Shown here piece after piece: positions 1 through 13,154 of a DNA stretch of 64,000 bases. The position numbers and the translations under genes were made by a program. Position 1 is the stretch's first letter, and every line of letters starts with the position of its first letter. Source of the stretch: Podarcis erhardii (lineage: Eukaryota); the NCBI GenBank assembly GCA_964252035.1, contig OZ176206.1; one strand, 5' to 3'. Under the pieces are notes generated by a model. That model was not told where the DNA came from. It ran no database searches and saw only the letters and a program-made list of their open reading frames with translations.

Positions 1-249
1 TGCGCTGATTCATGGCAAGTGCTCCTTTCAGAAAAAGAGAAAGGGCCGCTTTGCATAGGTTGGCAGGCAAACCTATCCACGCAAATAAAAAGGGGCTCAC
101 TGGGTTGCACCTTAAAGGGGCAGCCATATTCTGGGTTACAAGTCGTGCAACGATACTAAACAAGAATGTAAAGATGAAAGGGACTTTAAAAGAATGACTC
201 CCTGGAAGGGCTTGCCCTCAAAGGTAGCATATGAGAGGTAGCTTGGAGT

Positions 250-500
250 GCTGGTTTAATACAGTAGCTAAGAAACAGAGCTGTGAACCAGGAAGTCTCC
301 ATTTCGAATCTTGCCCCTGCCATCAACTCATTAGGTGGCCACAGGCAAGCTACTCTCTTTCAGCCACCATGCCCCCTCCTCTGCAGTATGGGGAATGATT
401 CAACTTACCTTACAGGGTGCTGTGCATCAGATTTCAGGTGAAATGCTTCAAACACTTGAAAGCACTGTGCAAATTTTATTAATAAATAAGTAAATAAATA
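250..500 (+). mobile_element. Old CORE/MIR-like SINE
   Basis: tRNA-like head, CORE-like cttaccttacagggtgctgtg and an (AAT/AAAT) tail. Confidence 0.5.
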
Positions 501-559
501 TTGTGGATGAGATCTGAGTTTTCATATTGCCTGAGAAAATCCCCTTAGGAAGCCCCTAA

Positions 560-850
560 AACTCTCCAGAGGATGCTCTCCAGCAACTGATATTCAGAGC
601 CATAACTACCCCTGAACATGGAGGTTCAATATATCCACCATCATGGCCAATGGCCATCTTATCCATTTCATTTTAATACCCTTCCTCCCAAAACCACCCT
701 AGTGTTATTTGCAAGAGGGAGAAAATATTTTCTCCATCTACTTTCTCTATGCCATGCATAATTTTATAGACTTCTGTCATGTCCCTTACTTGCTTTTTCT
801 GTATAGTTAAAGAGTACCAAACATTGCAACCTTTCCTTGTAACAGAAGTC
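560..850 (-). mobile_element. CR1-like LINE fragment
   Basis: gagaaaatattttctccatctactttctctatgccatgcataattttatagacttc matches the copies at 46620-46760 and 55190-55250. Confidence 0.5.
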
Positions 851-1604
851 ACTCCATAAAAGTGTCCAACAACAGCTGCAAGCCAACCATGTTACCTATT
901 CCTGATCTACAGCCATTCTGAGGTTGGGGGGGGGGTGTTTTTGTTTTTAAAAAAACAGATAGCAAGTTTGGATTCTACTGTACATTCATATTCACCTTCC
1001 CTGCACCTGCAGAAAGATTTAATTACCGTTAGAGCCAAACAAATTCCCCCAAAAGAACCCCGTTCCATTACATTCTTTACTGAAGGAGTCCTGGACCTTG
1101 CCAGCACACAGAACCTCAAATGTCGTTACACTTTATCTTCATTTCAAAGCCTTTGCACATCATCAGAAAAGCGAGCCCTGGCCCTTTACCAATGAACCAA
1201 TCATCAATTCATCAACAGCGACACATTCCGCCGCTTTGCAATTTCTCCCAAAAAACAGAAAGCACACAAACGTTACATCGCTGAGATTGAAAGGGGGGGA
1301 GGAGAAATCCCATCAAAGGTCACTTTTTATAATTATATTGGAATGAAGGTCCAACGGTGGCCATGGCAGGAGACTTCAAAGCAGCCATACCTGAGAAAGT
1401 CATAACCCGATTCAATGTGCCCACCAGAAGGAAGAATGGCTCCTGGGAGGATAAGAGTATATTAGTCTTTGTATGTAATGGGTTTTATTGGACATATGGA
1501 ACCAATCTAAGAAGCTGAGTTGCAACCGATAGGTTTGGGAGTAAAGGCAGGAATGCAACACACACAAAAAGCAGTTTCCTGTATGAAACAACCACCACCT
1601 TTAC

Positions 1605-1664
1605 CTGATTGGGTCACGGACGAGTCCCAGTTCAAAGTGAAATCCGATGACTCGCCTTCTTCAA
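1605..1664 (-). CDS. ZNF423: ZNF423 coding exon 2
   Basis: Minus strand: pyrimidine tract ...cttcttctcttctcAG| TT GAA GAA GGC GAG TCA TCG GAT TTC ACT TTG AAC TGG GAC TCG TCC GTG ACC CAA TCA G |GTAAAG. The 60-nt phase 1/1 exon encodes (V)EEGESSDFTLNWDSSVTQS, close to human [20 protein letters not shown]. Confidence 0.95.
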
Positions 1665-2510
1665 CTGAGAAGAGAAGAAGAAAAAAAGTACAGTAAGTTT
1701 CAGGGGGCAGGATAAAAGAGAAACGGACCTAACACATTATTCAAAACAGCTGACCTGTTGAGTGGCCAACATGGTGCCCTCTCAATGTGGTGGGACTCCA
1801 ACTCCCATGGGCTCCTGCATGGCCAATGGTCAGGGGTGTCCAACAACACTGAGATGGGGAAAGGTTGGGAAAGCCTGTTCCATGGAAAAGTTATTGCAAT
1901 ATCTGGAGGGCACCACATTTGATACCCTTGCCTTACACCACAGGAAACCCCGGGGGTAAACTGAGAATTTCTGCAGTTACATTTGGTAATGTGCTCACAT
2001 GGAAACAAAATATATATCTGACCGGCGACCCACCCAAGTCATTATTAAAACCTGCCTACAGTGCTTTCAAGTATGCAAGCTACACAGTGCTTTTTTCTGA
2101 GGGGATGCAGGGGTACGCATACACCTAAACATTTTGTGAATCTAAGTTTGGCCTCATTGAGGGGCAGTATTTCAAAATGAGAGTACCCCTAAACATTGGG
2201 GGGGAGCACTGAAGCTACTTTAGAATTATTCATCCTCACAACCACCCTGCAAGATAGGCCACCCACACTCTCAGATCACTCAGAGAGAACTGAGGATAAA
2301 TGAAGCAGGGATCAGATCCCTGATCTATATCAATATTTCAGCCCAGTGGGCCCAGCAAGCCTTTGGGTGTATTGTGCAAATGTTCAAGCCTTACTGTTTT
2401 GTGCTTTAATAGTGTAACAATTGAGGGGAAGGGGAACTGTTTTAACTGCACTGCACAAAATTTTGGAGCTGACCTGCATTAAACATACTTTGCACATTTT
2501 GCTCCAATCA

Positions 2511-2697
2511 GGATAGCCACAGCTTAGTGGCTGAGGATATGCTTTGCATGCAGAAGGCCCCAGGTTCAGTCCTTCTCGTCCTGAGGCAGAGGTGGGGAAA
2601 ACCCCTGTCTGAAACCTTCCAGGGTTACTGCCAGTCAGCTGGGACAAAAGCTTAGATGGACCAATGATCTGACTCTATGCAAGGCAACTTTTTGTGT
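2511..2697 (+). mobile_element. tRNA-Ala-derived SINE
   Basis: Head resembles tRNA-Ala(TGC) (agcttagtggctgaggatatgctttgcatgcagaaggccccaggttc), followed by a non-tRNA body shared with other copies. Confidence 0.65.
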
Positions 2698-3654
2698 CCC
2701 CATCAAATAATAAATCTGCATCTCAAATGAACTGGTATCCCTTCAGCAAAGCCAGAGCAACCAGTAGCTAAAATTCCAGTTTGGCTGCTTTAGTTTAGTG
2801 GAAGCTTTACTAAATTCAAATACAAAGTCCAATCTGTTTGCAAAGGAAATATACAGACAAGCTATTGGATCACAAGACACTCTGGCTCTTAACTGAACCT
2901 CAAATTGTGATTCTACCATATGGGCCACGGCAACACCTTTAAGTTTATTCACACACACAATTTCAACTGGGTATAATGGACATTTTATATATAGAGAGAG
3001 AAATCAGACCTTAAAGCAGTTATGGCCTTTAGATTAATTTTGTTTTATTTCCTAGAAGCCTATTGCCCCACTTTCCCCCATGGGCCCAAAACAACCTTGT
3101 TGCTAGCCTACCAAATTGATGCAGAGGGGGTTAAAAAGAAATTGGAACAAAAGTAACAGACTTTTTAATATGAATGATAAATGTCCAATGTACTCTAATC
3201 AATACTCAACTATTGCAATTTATGGACTTTTGATGGAAGAGTATTTTTATGGCAGAACTACTGAACAATTTCAGCTCTTTAATGAAACCAATATTTAGCC
3301 TCTTACGTTGGGGATCCTGTTGTATAGTAACAAAACTGTATTGGGAGGGCGAGTGCCTGAATAACTGCTGTTCACAACCATGATGAACAAAAAACAATGG
3401 GGAAAATTTTTATTCTGGTTCACAAGTTTCTGTACTTTCTGCATTGCAAAGGTATCCCCCAAGTATGTAGAAGCTGCTACCTTATTTTGGGTGGCCCCAT
3501 TTCACTCCCAAAATAATAGGTACTCAACCACCACAGTTCACTATTAGAGGAAATGCTATCTAAGTGCTAACAGTAAACACAGCTAACCATGCACGATAAT
3601 TTGCAGAACTTCACATCAGCAGCATGACTTTGGGCAGACACCTCAACTGCTATA

Positions 3655-3879
3655 TAGTGGTACCTCAGGTTAAGTACTTAATTCATTCCGGAGGTCCATT
3701 CTTAACCTGAAACTGTTCTTAACCTGAAGCACCACTTTAGCTAATGGGGCCGTGCCGCCGATGATTTCTGTTCTTATCCTGAAGCAAAGTTCTTAACCTG
3801 AAGCATTATTTCTGGGTTAGCGGAGTCTGTAACCTGAAGCTTATGTAACCTGAAGCGTATGTAACCCGAGGTACCGCTG
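3655..3879. mobile_element. pogo/Tc1-mariner-type MITE
   Basis: Terminal inverted repeats (TIRs) (C/T)AGTGGTACCTC...GAGGTACCGCTG with TA on both sides and internal TAACCTGAAG repeats. Confidence 0.85.
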
Positions 3880-4644
3880 TAGTCCTTAAGCAGTGGGTCA
3901 TTCAGCTTTAATACTTCAAGAAAGACACAGTGCTTCAGAAGCACCTCCGAAGCAAAGTTAAACACTTTTCAACAGACTGCCACGACATTGGTGTGCTTGG
4001 CTTTCCTCCTGAGCATATATGTGAAAGAGCTTTCTTTCACAACCCTAACACAGAAAATAACCCAGTGTGCGAGAAAGACAGAAAACAACTTTACTATCAT
4101 AGTTCTAAACAACTCCAATTAATGTTCTTTTTGAGCAGACTATCTGTCTGAAACTAAAGGCCAATTTAGGTTCCTGGAGTAGTACAGGAACCATTTCCCC
4201 CATGGCTGATCTCATATACTCTAGTTAACATTTGTAGGATGGAATTGCAGGTAGGTTAAGAAACTAATTGTTTGCTTCCAGTGGCAACACCGTTGGGCTC
4301 TGGGGTTAGGGACAACATTGGTGAGATTGCTTCTCTATGCTGATCTCCCGGTCTATCCTACAAACATTATTGGAGTCGTGTGGGAAGCAGCCATGGGGAC
4401 TCAGATCTTCCGCTGCTCAGAAAATGTATAAAATCAGACGTTAATCTTCAGCTACTAGCAAGTCATCCAAATGGGGAAATTATGATTCTGACACACATAT
4501 AAAGTCATGTCACACACAGAGAGAAAGAGAGAGAGAGACTCTGATGTATTTTGTTCTCTTTTCCATTTACTTTTCGCCTTTGGAGGAAAGCGATAATATT
4601 TTGCCCTTCTCACTAACACCATACATTTTCAACATTATGATAAC

Positions 4645-4910
4645 GCATTAAACAGTTATGGCTTCCCCCAAAGAATTCTGGGAGCTAAAGTTCGTTAAAA
4701 ATACAGAAAACGGTTATGAGACCCCTGCTCACCTCACAAAGCCACAATTCCCAGAATTCCCTAGGAAGAGGTTTTGATTGTTTAACCACTCTAGGAATTG
4801 TTGGTCTGGAAGGGAAATAAGTGTCTCCTAACAACTCTCCACACCCTTAACAAACTACTGTTCTGAAACTTCTGAAACTTCTTTGGGGGAAGACATGACT
4901 GTTTAAAGTG
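4645..4910. mobile_element. Palindromic MITE-like repeat
   Basis: The left arm (ttccccca aagaattctggga...gagacccct) is the reverse complement of the right arm (gtctcctaacaactc...ctttgggggaa). A related partial copy is at about 36660-36790. Confidence 0.6.
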
Positions 4911-5544
4911 AAAGTGTAGTTTTTTAAATGTGTGGTGTGACTATGGCCTAAGAGACATTGCTGAACACAGCTGAAGTGTTTTCCCATATTGGTGTCCAAT
5001 TGGTACCCCCAACAATAACTGATGGGGGCCAACTGGGAGGTGTGGGTGAAGTCATGGCTCACATGACTTAACACAGGCACTGGCTGCGGACAACTTGCAG
5101 AATGAAACATCCATGAACGAAAACAAGCACGGGACTCTTGGGCACGCACAAACATGGTGGCCACTCTGCTCGCAGCACAGCAATGGACACAGGCATTTAT
5201 TGAAAGAAAAAGAGACCATGGAACCTATTAAAAGGTACAGAACTGAGTTGCTAGGTGTGCCCCTTTAGATCACCTTCAGATCTCCACATGCCTTCTGAGA
5301 CCAGGCGGGTGGCTACAGAGGAGAGGGGCCTCCTCTGTGGTAGACCCCAAACACTGTGCAAGTCCACCATCTCTGATACCTTCTACATGACCAGCAAAGT
5401 CTATCCTCTCCAGCTTTTAAAGATATTTAAGATGCTTTCAAATTAATGTTAGTCAATGTGTTTATTGGCTTGTTCAGTTTTTATTCTTGCACATTTCACT
5501 TTTATTTTCAGCTGTTTGTGTTTTGCTGATAGTTGCAAGTCACA

Positions 5545-5728
5545 GGAAAATAGGAAACTGCCTAGTTATGAAAGTCTGGCAACTATTGCATTTAGCTTTG
5601 CCAACATTGACCAGCAGTGACTCTCTGTGGTCTCAGGAGGTCATCCTCAGCCCTCCCTGGAGATGCCAAGGACTGAACCTGGGACCTTCTGCACATGAAG
5701 CATGTGCTCTACCACTGATCTCTCACAG
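5545..5728 (-). mobile_element. tRNA-Ala-derived SINE
   Basis: Reverse-complement head gatgccaaggactgaacctgggaccttctgcacatgaagcatgtgctctaccactga plus the shared body. Confidence 0.65.
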
Positions 5729-7534
5729 GCATTTACATCAATGGGGAGAGCATAATTAACAGCAGCTTTTGCGCTCCTTCTATGGCAGTGAGGGTCTTCT
5801 GTACAACTGATAAAATAAAAGGGCTTTTTAGATCCAGAAATCTCAGCCAGATGGTCAGTTTGGAAGGCACAGCCAGTGTTGAGATTTGTCCAACTATCCC
5901 TTGCTGTTCCAAGATCGCCCAAGCATGACTGCCTCACTTTAGCTTTTCAGCTAAATGGGAGCCATATTAAAGCCCTTTCCCTGTCAGGACCGAAACATCT
6001 GCTTTTAGGGAAGAGTCTTTCCTTTCAAAGGGACAACAACCACTCCCCACTCCAGTCTCCTAAAAAGGCTTCTGACCCATTTGAAAGATTCCTTCCATTC
6101 AGAACCAACACAGCTAAAAAAACGTGTCCACACCACCTTGCTCAACACCACTTCCCCAGAGCTGTTGACAGATTGCAAAACTAGGTCGGGTTCTTTCGTG
6201 AGGAGAGAGATTCCCAGGAATGTCTCTGCTCGGAGTCTTATATGCTACATCCGGCCACCTCATGAAATTCCCAATGTGTAGAAATGCATCACAAGATTTG
6301 CTGCCACTGTCACCACATATTACCCAGTTTACACTACTCTTTTATATGTGTGGCTGTGTTAACTTTACTGGCAATCAGAGCCCCTGGACTATGTGGGCAC
6401 AAAATTTCAGCTTTCTGCTTTTTGTAGAAGACCCTTAATGTGGATACCCTCTATGGATAAAGATCTATTTTGCACATATTGTCTTCCATAGGTTAGGAAT
6501 GGATGGATCTCTCAATTTCTGTTCCTCATTTTTTCAACCTCTAATTTCAGTTCACTCCCTTTCCACACTCTTCCGGTCATTTTGTGTTAAAAATTCCACA
6601 TGAAAAACTCACACATTTTTCACGCACATGTCTCCTAATATATGTATTCTTTCTGCATGATTTTGCCTAATGCATACACTCTTGAGTTTCTTTTCATATT
6701 ATTTCAACTAATGTACACATTTGGGGTGTTAGGATTCTGAATCTGGTTGGAGAACCACAACATAAAATCTGTGAAGGTGCAAATTTCAAAGTGTCCCACT
6801 TTACACATTGGTTCAGAAAGTGTGAATTTGATAGGTCTGCATTAAAATGTGAAGCAAACAAATTATTCCCACCCCTCTCAATCCTTACCATAGATTCGGT
6901 TATTGGTCAAGCATTGTGTTTAAAGAAGCCTTGTACTTAAGCAGTAGCAGAAGGAACTGCATGCAAGGAAACACACGGAATTCCATGCAGCCATGTGGCT
7001 GAGCTGGCACAGGAGAAGGACGAATGACCCAATCCTTCCTCTGTGCACAGCAAAGAAACAAGGGAGAGAAACCCCCCCTACCCCAGCATAGAAATCCAGC
7101 AGGCTGCTGCAAGACAAAGAGAGCTCTCCAACCTTCCTCTGCTAACCCCCAAGAGGCCAGTAAACTTTTTGAAGGCTAGTAGCCTTTGCCCACTTATTGA
7201 GGAAGGTGGCTTAAGAATTTGTTGAATACAACTAACAAAAGGAATACCCACCAACACTTCCATAGCGCTGCTGCCACACAGATTGCAGAACTACGTTAGG
7301 TAGACCTGGATAACTATGGTACTTTCAGGTGAACATACCTGAAGTCGCCCAGGTGACAGCTTATAACCAACTCTGCAAAAACACACATGAGGAATTATCC
7401 ATCAGTTACTTCAGGCATCTTAAAAATATATTTCTTTTTGCCTCCATGACTATCGTTACAGAATTCATATTTTGAATGAGTTTTGCTTCTTTCTTTAATT
7501 AAAACTCTTTTACTGGTTTTTATATTGTATCCTT

Positions 7535-7888
7535 GGGACACGGGTGGCGCTGTGGGTTAAACCACAGAGCCTAGGACTTGCTGATCGGAAGGTCGGCAGT
7601 TCAAATCCCCGTGACAGGGTGAGCCCCCGTTGCTCGGTCCCTGCTCCTGCCAACCTAGCAGTTCAAAAGCACGTCAAAGTGCAAGTAGATATATAGGTAC
7701 CACTCTGGTGGGAAGGTAAACGGCGTTTCCGTGCGCTGCTCTGGTTCGCCAGAAGCGGCTTAGTCATGCTGGCCACATGACCCGGAAGCTGTACGCCAGC
7801 TCCCTCGGTCAGTAAAGCGAGATGAGTGCTGCAACCCCAGAGTCGGCCACGACTGGACCTAATGGCCAGGGGTCCCTTTACCTTTACC
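7535..7888 (+). mobile_element. Sauria SINE, full length
   Basis: tRNA-like head gggacacgggtggcgctgtgggttaaacc, typical body and ACCTTT tail. Perfect 17-bp TSD TTTTATATTGTATCCTT (7518-7534, 7889-7905). Confidence 0.9.
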
Positions 7889-7990
7889 TTTTATATTGTA
7901 TCCTTACGTTGTTTTTATGATGCAATGTTTCTATGTTCTGTGCTTAAGAGATTTTCACTATTCAGTGATTTAGAAATGCTTTTAAATAAA

Positions 7991-8351
7991 TATTTTAAAA
8001 GATACTTGCAAAACTATATCGAAAAATCAGAACTCCTATTAGAAGTTTCATTTCAAATATTGGAATACTAAATAAGATGGATAACAATGTGTAATAGAAA
8101 AAGAAGTATGAAATTAGGTTAAAGGTGTGTGAAAGAAAGTAATAGAAGTGGAAAGAAATTGCAATTGAGTAGACTGAAAGGATGAGGGGTGGTGGATGGT
8201 GATGGGAATTATCTGTGGGATTGAGTGTAGGTATGTTGTAGGTATGTTGTATGTAGGTAGGTATGTTGTATGAAATGTATGTTTGTATGTGTATTAATGT
8301 TGAATTATTTTAAAAATAAAAAATAAAAATATATAAATTAAAAAACAAAGA
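7991..8351 (+). mobile_element. 5'-truncated LINE 3' end (L1-like) with A-rich tail
   Basis: GT-rich 3' UTR and A-rich tail. Perfect 19-bp TSD AGAAATGCTTTTAAATAAA (7972-7990, 8352-8370). Confidence 0.75.
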
Positions 8352-9361
8352 AGAAATGCTTTTAAATAAACAACATTAAATGAATGAATATACCCAACCA
8401 ACACCCTGACATATAAAATGCATGAAGTTGCTTTATACTGAGTCTGACTGGCAGCATCTCTCCAGAGTCTCAAGAGATGCTCTTTTCCCCCATCATCTGC
8501 TACCTGATTTCTACCATGCATTCTGCATCAAAAGCATGGGCTCTGCCACTGAGCTATTGCTCTCCCCTAGGGCTGAGCAGAGCACCTCTGCCAGTTCAGT
8601 CTACCCCATACCATTGCAGTCTCAGGCTTCCCTGTGCGTCAAAGTGGGAGGGGGAAGCAGGCCGGTATATAGCTTACAGCCTGACAGAAATGCCACAGCA
8701 TCTGCAAGCAAAGACAATACATCACTTGATTTAAGGACACTTTCAGGTTCAAGAATCTCCGGTCAGTAAGCTCTCCTTCGAAGCTCAACTGCTCTTTAGC
8801 TTTTGGAGGAGAGCTGAAGAACAGGCTATCGGGCATTTTCCTAAACCTCATTGCAAGACGCAGTGTGAGCTGTGGCCCTCTGCCAGTTTTTCCCTGCCAC
8901 TCCTTAATGGGACCATTATGCATCACCCCTTTCATGGCTGAGCAAACCCATAAAAAAGACAAGGGGGGGAGCATTTTACACAGCTTATTTAGCTAGTTCA
9001 CAGCCTAAACTCACACAGGTTCTCCAGCAAAGTCGTAATGCGGATGGGCAGATGCTTGGATTTGGTGAATGCTTTGTTCTGTTGGCAGAAACCAGCTTTC
9101 TGAATGGACAAGGAAGAGGATATGAAATCCAGGCAGCTGAAGCCTGGTCAAGGAGGTAGCGGTCAAGGAGGTAGGGGTGAAACACACACGCACAATGAGT
9201 TAGCAGGGGTGGTTCCAGGGCATTTGGCTGCCTGGTGAGAAGGCCAATGTGATGCCTCCCCATGCCAACACATGTTCAGAAAACCACACTGCCACTAAAT
9301 GTATTTCAATACAGGGAATGGGAAGGATCTTCCAACATACTCGAGGCAGCTAGCTTAGGAG

Positions 9362-9362
<1 letters not shown>

Positions 9363-9409
<47 letters not shown>
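9363..9409. repeat. (CA)n microsatellite
   Basis: Read directly from the sequence. Confidence 0.95.
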
Positions 9410-9411
<2 letters not shown>

Positions 9412-9862
9412 GCCTGCTCCAAACCCCTCAGAATCTGCTGCCTAAGGCACCCCCTCACATTGTCCAATGATAGGACTGGTCCTTACAGTTAATTTAGACT
9501 AAATGGAGAGGGAGGGGCAGAAAGAAAGAAATATGTGGAAGAAACAACAGCTATGATAACAGCAAACAAACAAACAAAAACAGCACTAGCATATTTAGCC
9601 GAGAAGGTCAAATTATGGGCTATTAAATCCTCCTGGGCATTATTATTCCACAGAAATCTGTCTCTTTCCTGCTTTCTAGACATAGAAGGGAAGAAATCAG
9701 AATCACTGCGATTTTGACTCAAATTCAGACATTATGCTAAACCATGGTTTAAGAACATGTAACTATGGTTTGGTGTGTGTCTGAATTGACAAAGGGCTGA
9801 AGCTCATATCGTAATTTATGCCTGACCACGAATGAGACCATAGTAGCTCACAAGTTTAAGGC

Positions 9863-9913
9863 ATACTCTGGTTTCACCTCAGATCGTATAAATCTTTCGC
9901 CTTTTACTATAGA
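9863..9913 (+). pseudogene. RNU5: 3'-truncated U5 snRNA retropseudogene
   Basis: ATACTCTGGTTTCACCTCAGATCGTATAAATCTTTCGCCTTTTACTATAGA matches nt 1-51 of vertebrate U5 as recalled (3-4 differences), including loop I GCCTTTTAC. It is flanked by the perfect 19-bp direct repeat GAGACCATAGTAGCTCACA (9834-9852, 9912-9930). Confidence 0.9.
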
Positions 9914-10264
9914 GACCATAGTAGCTCACATTGCTGACTCGCTCCCATTTTGCTCTGGCCTGCTGGGAGCGACAAACAAGAAACTTTGGCCTATGCCACA
10001 GTTTCCATACCTTTTTCTTTATAAAAATGAATCTGATATGTAAGTAAGAGCCAAGCCAAACATTCCCAGCTCACGAGGTGAAGTCCCTCCTGAAGTGTAC
10101 CATGCAAACAGTGATGGTGGTGCATTTTTGAACCAATCCCTCAAATTTGAAAAGAAAAATTATATTTAGAAGTATAGCCTATCAGGGAGAATAGTTCTCT
10201 AGATTGGGGGTAGAAAACATAGGGCCTCCCAACCGCTGCTAGACTACATATCCTATCACCCTTG

Positions 10265-10481
10265 CACTGGCAGAGGAAGAGGAGTGCGGGAGAGCGCACC
10301 ACCCCCGGCAGCGCAATCCCAGTGGGGTGCCATCACAGCTGCCCGCCCCCCATCCACGCTGGGCGCCCCGCCCCCACAGATGGCATGCCCCGCCCCCAGG
10401 ATGCACATCACGCCTCTGTGGGCGAGGCGCCACACCCCAGGGATGCACGCCAGCCCCACCCTCACCTGCTTTCCGCCACTG
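10265..10481. mobile_element. GC-rich hAT-type MITE
   Basis: TIR-like CACTGGCAGAGG / TTCCGCCACTG. Perfect 8-bp TSD CACCCTTG (10257-10264, 10482-10489). Confidence 0.8.
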
Positions 10482-11711
10482 CACCCTTGACCACTGACCG
10501 TGCTAAGACTGACAGGAATCTGACAACACGTAGAGGGACACAAGTTCTCCAGGCCTACTCCCTCACCCAACTGTTAAACAAAATAAGCACACTTCATCTG
10601 TACACTTAAGCTGCTTGTTTCATGCCAGCTTCACAATACAGTATTCTTGCTCTCCCACAACAATCTGAAGGAACTTATGAAAGGGTTTTTAAAGAACAAC
10701 ATGGTACAGTGGAGAAGGGGAGAGGGTTTGGTTTTGATGTTGGAGTTCCCAAGCCATAAATCTCTATGGGTGGTCTTGGTCACCCACAACTTAACACAAG
10801 TTTTTACAAGGCTGAGAACACAGAAAGCACTGTAACGATAATTAATAATATAAACAAACCCTGTATACTGGTGATGTCTGCTAGGAAGCCACAAGCCACT
10901 GGACACAATCCAGTCCAAAATATGCCCCAGTAGCAATACAAATATTGTGCACATTCTAGCACTCTTATTATTGAAGGGCAAAACTGGTGCGAGCCACCAG
11001 ACTTTGCTTTCCCAGTTTATTAATGAATTGCTCCCATAGATAAACTTTCACTAAACTTACTTATGAGGGGTGGGGGAGAATACAAACAAGTTCAGCCCAC
11101 ACCAAACTTCCAATTCCATTCTGTTTGCCTCTTATTAAAAATATAATGATATAAAGTGTTACAACAGTAAAGCCCCATTAAATCATTCCTGGAATTATAA
11201 ATCAATCTTCACCCAGATTTCCACACCTCAGCCTTTTTTATAAAAAAAGAAAGAAAGAAAACCATGCATACATACACCTCGTACTTTACTGCTAATCTCT
11301 AGAAGGTAAAGATTTTCTTTTCTATTACCCAACTATTAATCCATAAATAAATAGCACAGGAAAGGGGGGGGGAGACCATTTTTTTCCTGACTAGCTTTTT
11401 CACCAGGCGTTTTCCAGACAGCTGTTTCCTCCAGCAAATTGAAGGGGCTTTTTGAAAGTGGCAGGCCTGCTGATTCAGCACCTCCAACACAAGCAAAGCT
11501 GGACATGGTCCATCCTGGTCCAGAGCCCAATCACTACTAGGCCAAAATGGACTAGCAATATCAGCCGAAGGGGCACAGCAACACCAAACCAGATGACATT
11601 GCGCCAACCCTAGGCATTGACAGGCCAAGGCCACCCTAAACATGACAGTCAGAGGGTCAGGGCCTCTGAAAAGCAAGGCCTGATTCTCTTGAGGGTGGGA
11701 CCTCCTTTACA

Positions 11712-11852
11712 AGGACTAGGGTTTTTCTTCAGCCTGAACTCACCAGAACTCAGTTCTGGCGCCTCTCAGGTGGGCACCTTTGCCATTTTTAGAGAACAAG
11801 TGAGGTGTTCATGGTGAGTTCTGGGACCTCTTTTTCTAGAAAAATAGCACTG
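11712..11852. mobile_element. Short hAT-like MITE
   Basis: gggtttttcttcagcctgaactcaccagaactcagttc...ctttttctagaaaaatagcactg resembles a recurrent squamate MITE. From recall only. Confidence 0.45.
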
Positions 11853-12222
11853 GGCCTAGATATCCAAGGTGACTGGCATGGGCTCAGAGGGAAAATGAGG
11901 TTGCATCCCAAACACAGCCCAAGTAAATAAGGAAGGTGAGAGCAGGGGCAGTCCATTCCATTCCACTGCCTGAAGCAAAACAGGAAGGTGCCGCCACCAC
12001 TCCCTGTCCCCCACGGAAACCCTGCTTTCCAGGTTCATGTAGCCACAGCAGCTTCCGGCAAGATCTCACAAGAGCTCTGCAAGATCTCAGTGGAAGTGGC
12101 AGCCACTTCTTCTCGCTTCTCCCATAGTGGGTGGGTGCAGCAGCTGGAGAAACAAGAAACAGGCTTCCCACTGTGGGATGTAAACACAGGAGCAGTCAAT
12201 GACAACATTCCTAGAGTGTACA

Positions 12223-12724
12223 TGTTAGAACATGGGGAGGGATGTCTGTCCATCAAGCAGGTAAACTTCCTGGGGACGGACTTCCTCCGCATGTGACCAG
12301 AGGTGGGTGTGGCCTCACCTGTGCAGGTAATGATAAAAGCACAGGGCAGGCAGCCACTCTCTCTCTTGCCTCTTGCCTCTTGCCTCTTGCCTCTCTCTCT
12401 GCCATCTTCATCTTCTGAAGGAGCAACATGCCCTCTTGGCTCCCAGCCAAGAGAGGACAGTACTATCTTGCTACAAGATAGATTCTAACTGCATGTAACC
12501 TTTTTAAGCCTGCCTACCTTCTGGGATCATATTGTGAACAGAACGTGAGTAAACTCTTTTATACTTTTATAAAGACTGTGTCGTGTCTTGTATTTTAAGA
12601 GGGAACAAAGGGGAAATCACCAGAGTAATTATTATAGAGGTTCTAGCGAACCTGTGCAAGCGTTACCGTTGCGTACTTAAAGGGGAATGTCTATAAACTC
12701 TGCTGATATTTTGGGAACTTGTTA
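12223..12724 (+). mobile_element. Putative solo LTR
   Basis: Starts TGTTAG and has GTACA on both sides. It has a TATA-like GATAAAAG, a (CTCTTGC)n tract and an AGTAAA poly(A)-like signal. The 3' end lacks the canonical CA. Confidence 0.4.
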
Positions 12725-12944
12725 GTACAAGTTGGATAAGGATATAATTAGTCAATATATCCTCTCCTGCACCCCAGAACATTCCCACACCCACAAGAGC
12801 TCCACAAGATCTTGCCAGAACACAGAACCTGTTGTCACCACTTCTCCATTCTCCGGTGGGGATAGGCAAGGTGTCCACTGGTTGCCACCTTGTGGATTCC
12901 ACTACCTAAGTCAGGTGCCTTTGGTCTACCTCATGAATGGGCCA

Positions 12945-13115
12945 GCCTTTATATTGAATCAAACCTTCAGTCCATCTATCTCAGTATGGTCTACCTGGAC
13001 TGGCAGCGGCTTTCCAGCTTTTCAGGCAAGGGGAAATTCCCAGCCCTACCCGGAGATGTTAGAGATTGAACCTGGGACCTTCTGCATGGAAAGCGGATGC
13101 TATGAGATAGCAGCC
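12945..13115 (-). mobile_element. tRNA-Ala-derived SINE
   Basis: gagattgaacctgggaccttctgcatggaaagcggatgc plus the shared body. Confidence 0.65.
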
Positions 13116-13154
13116 TATAAATATTTTTTATAAATAGACATTTATGCATTACAT

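Noticed and set aside
13125-13152. Minus-strand ATG CAT AAA as the equivalent of the human MHKKR alternative exon
   Set aside because: It continues MHKCLF with no phase-1 donor and sits at a MITE TSD. I found no MHKKR-like exon anywhere in the intron.
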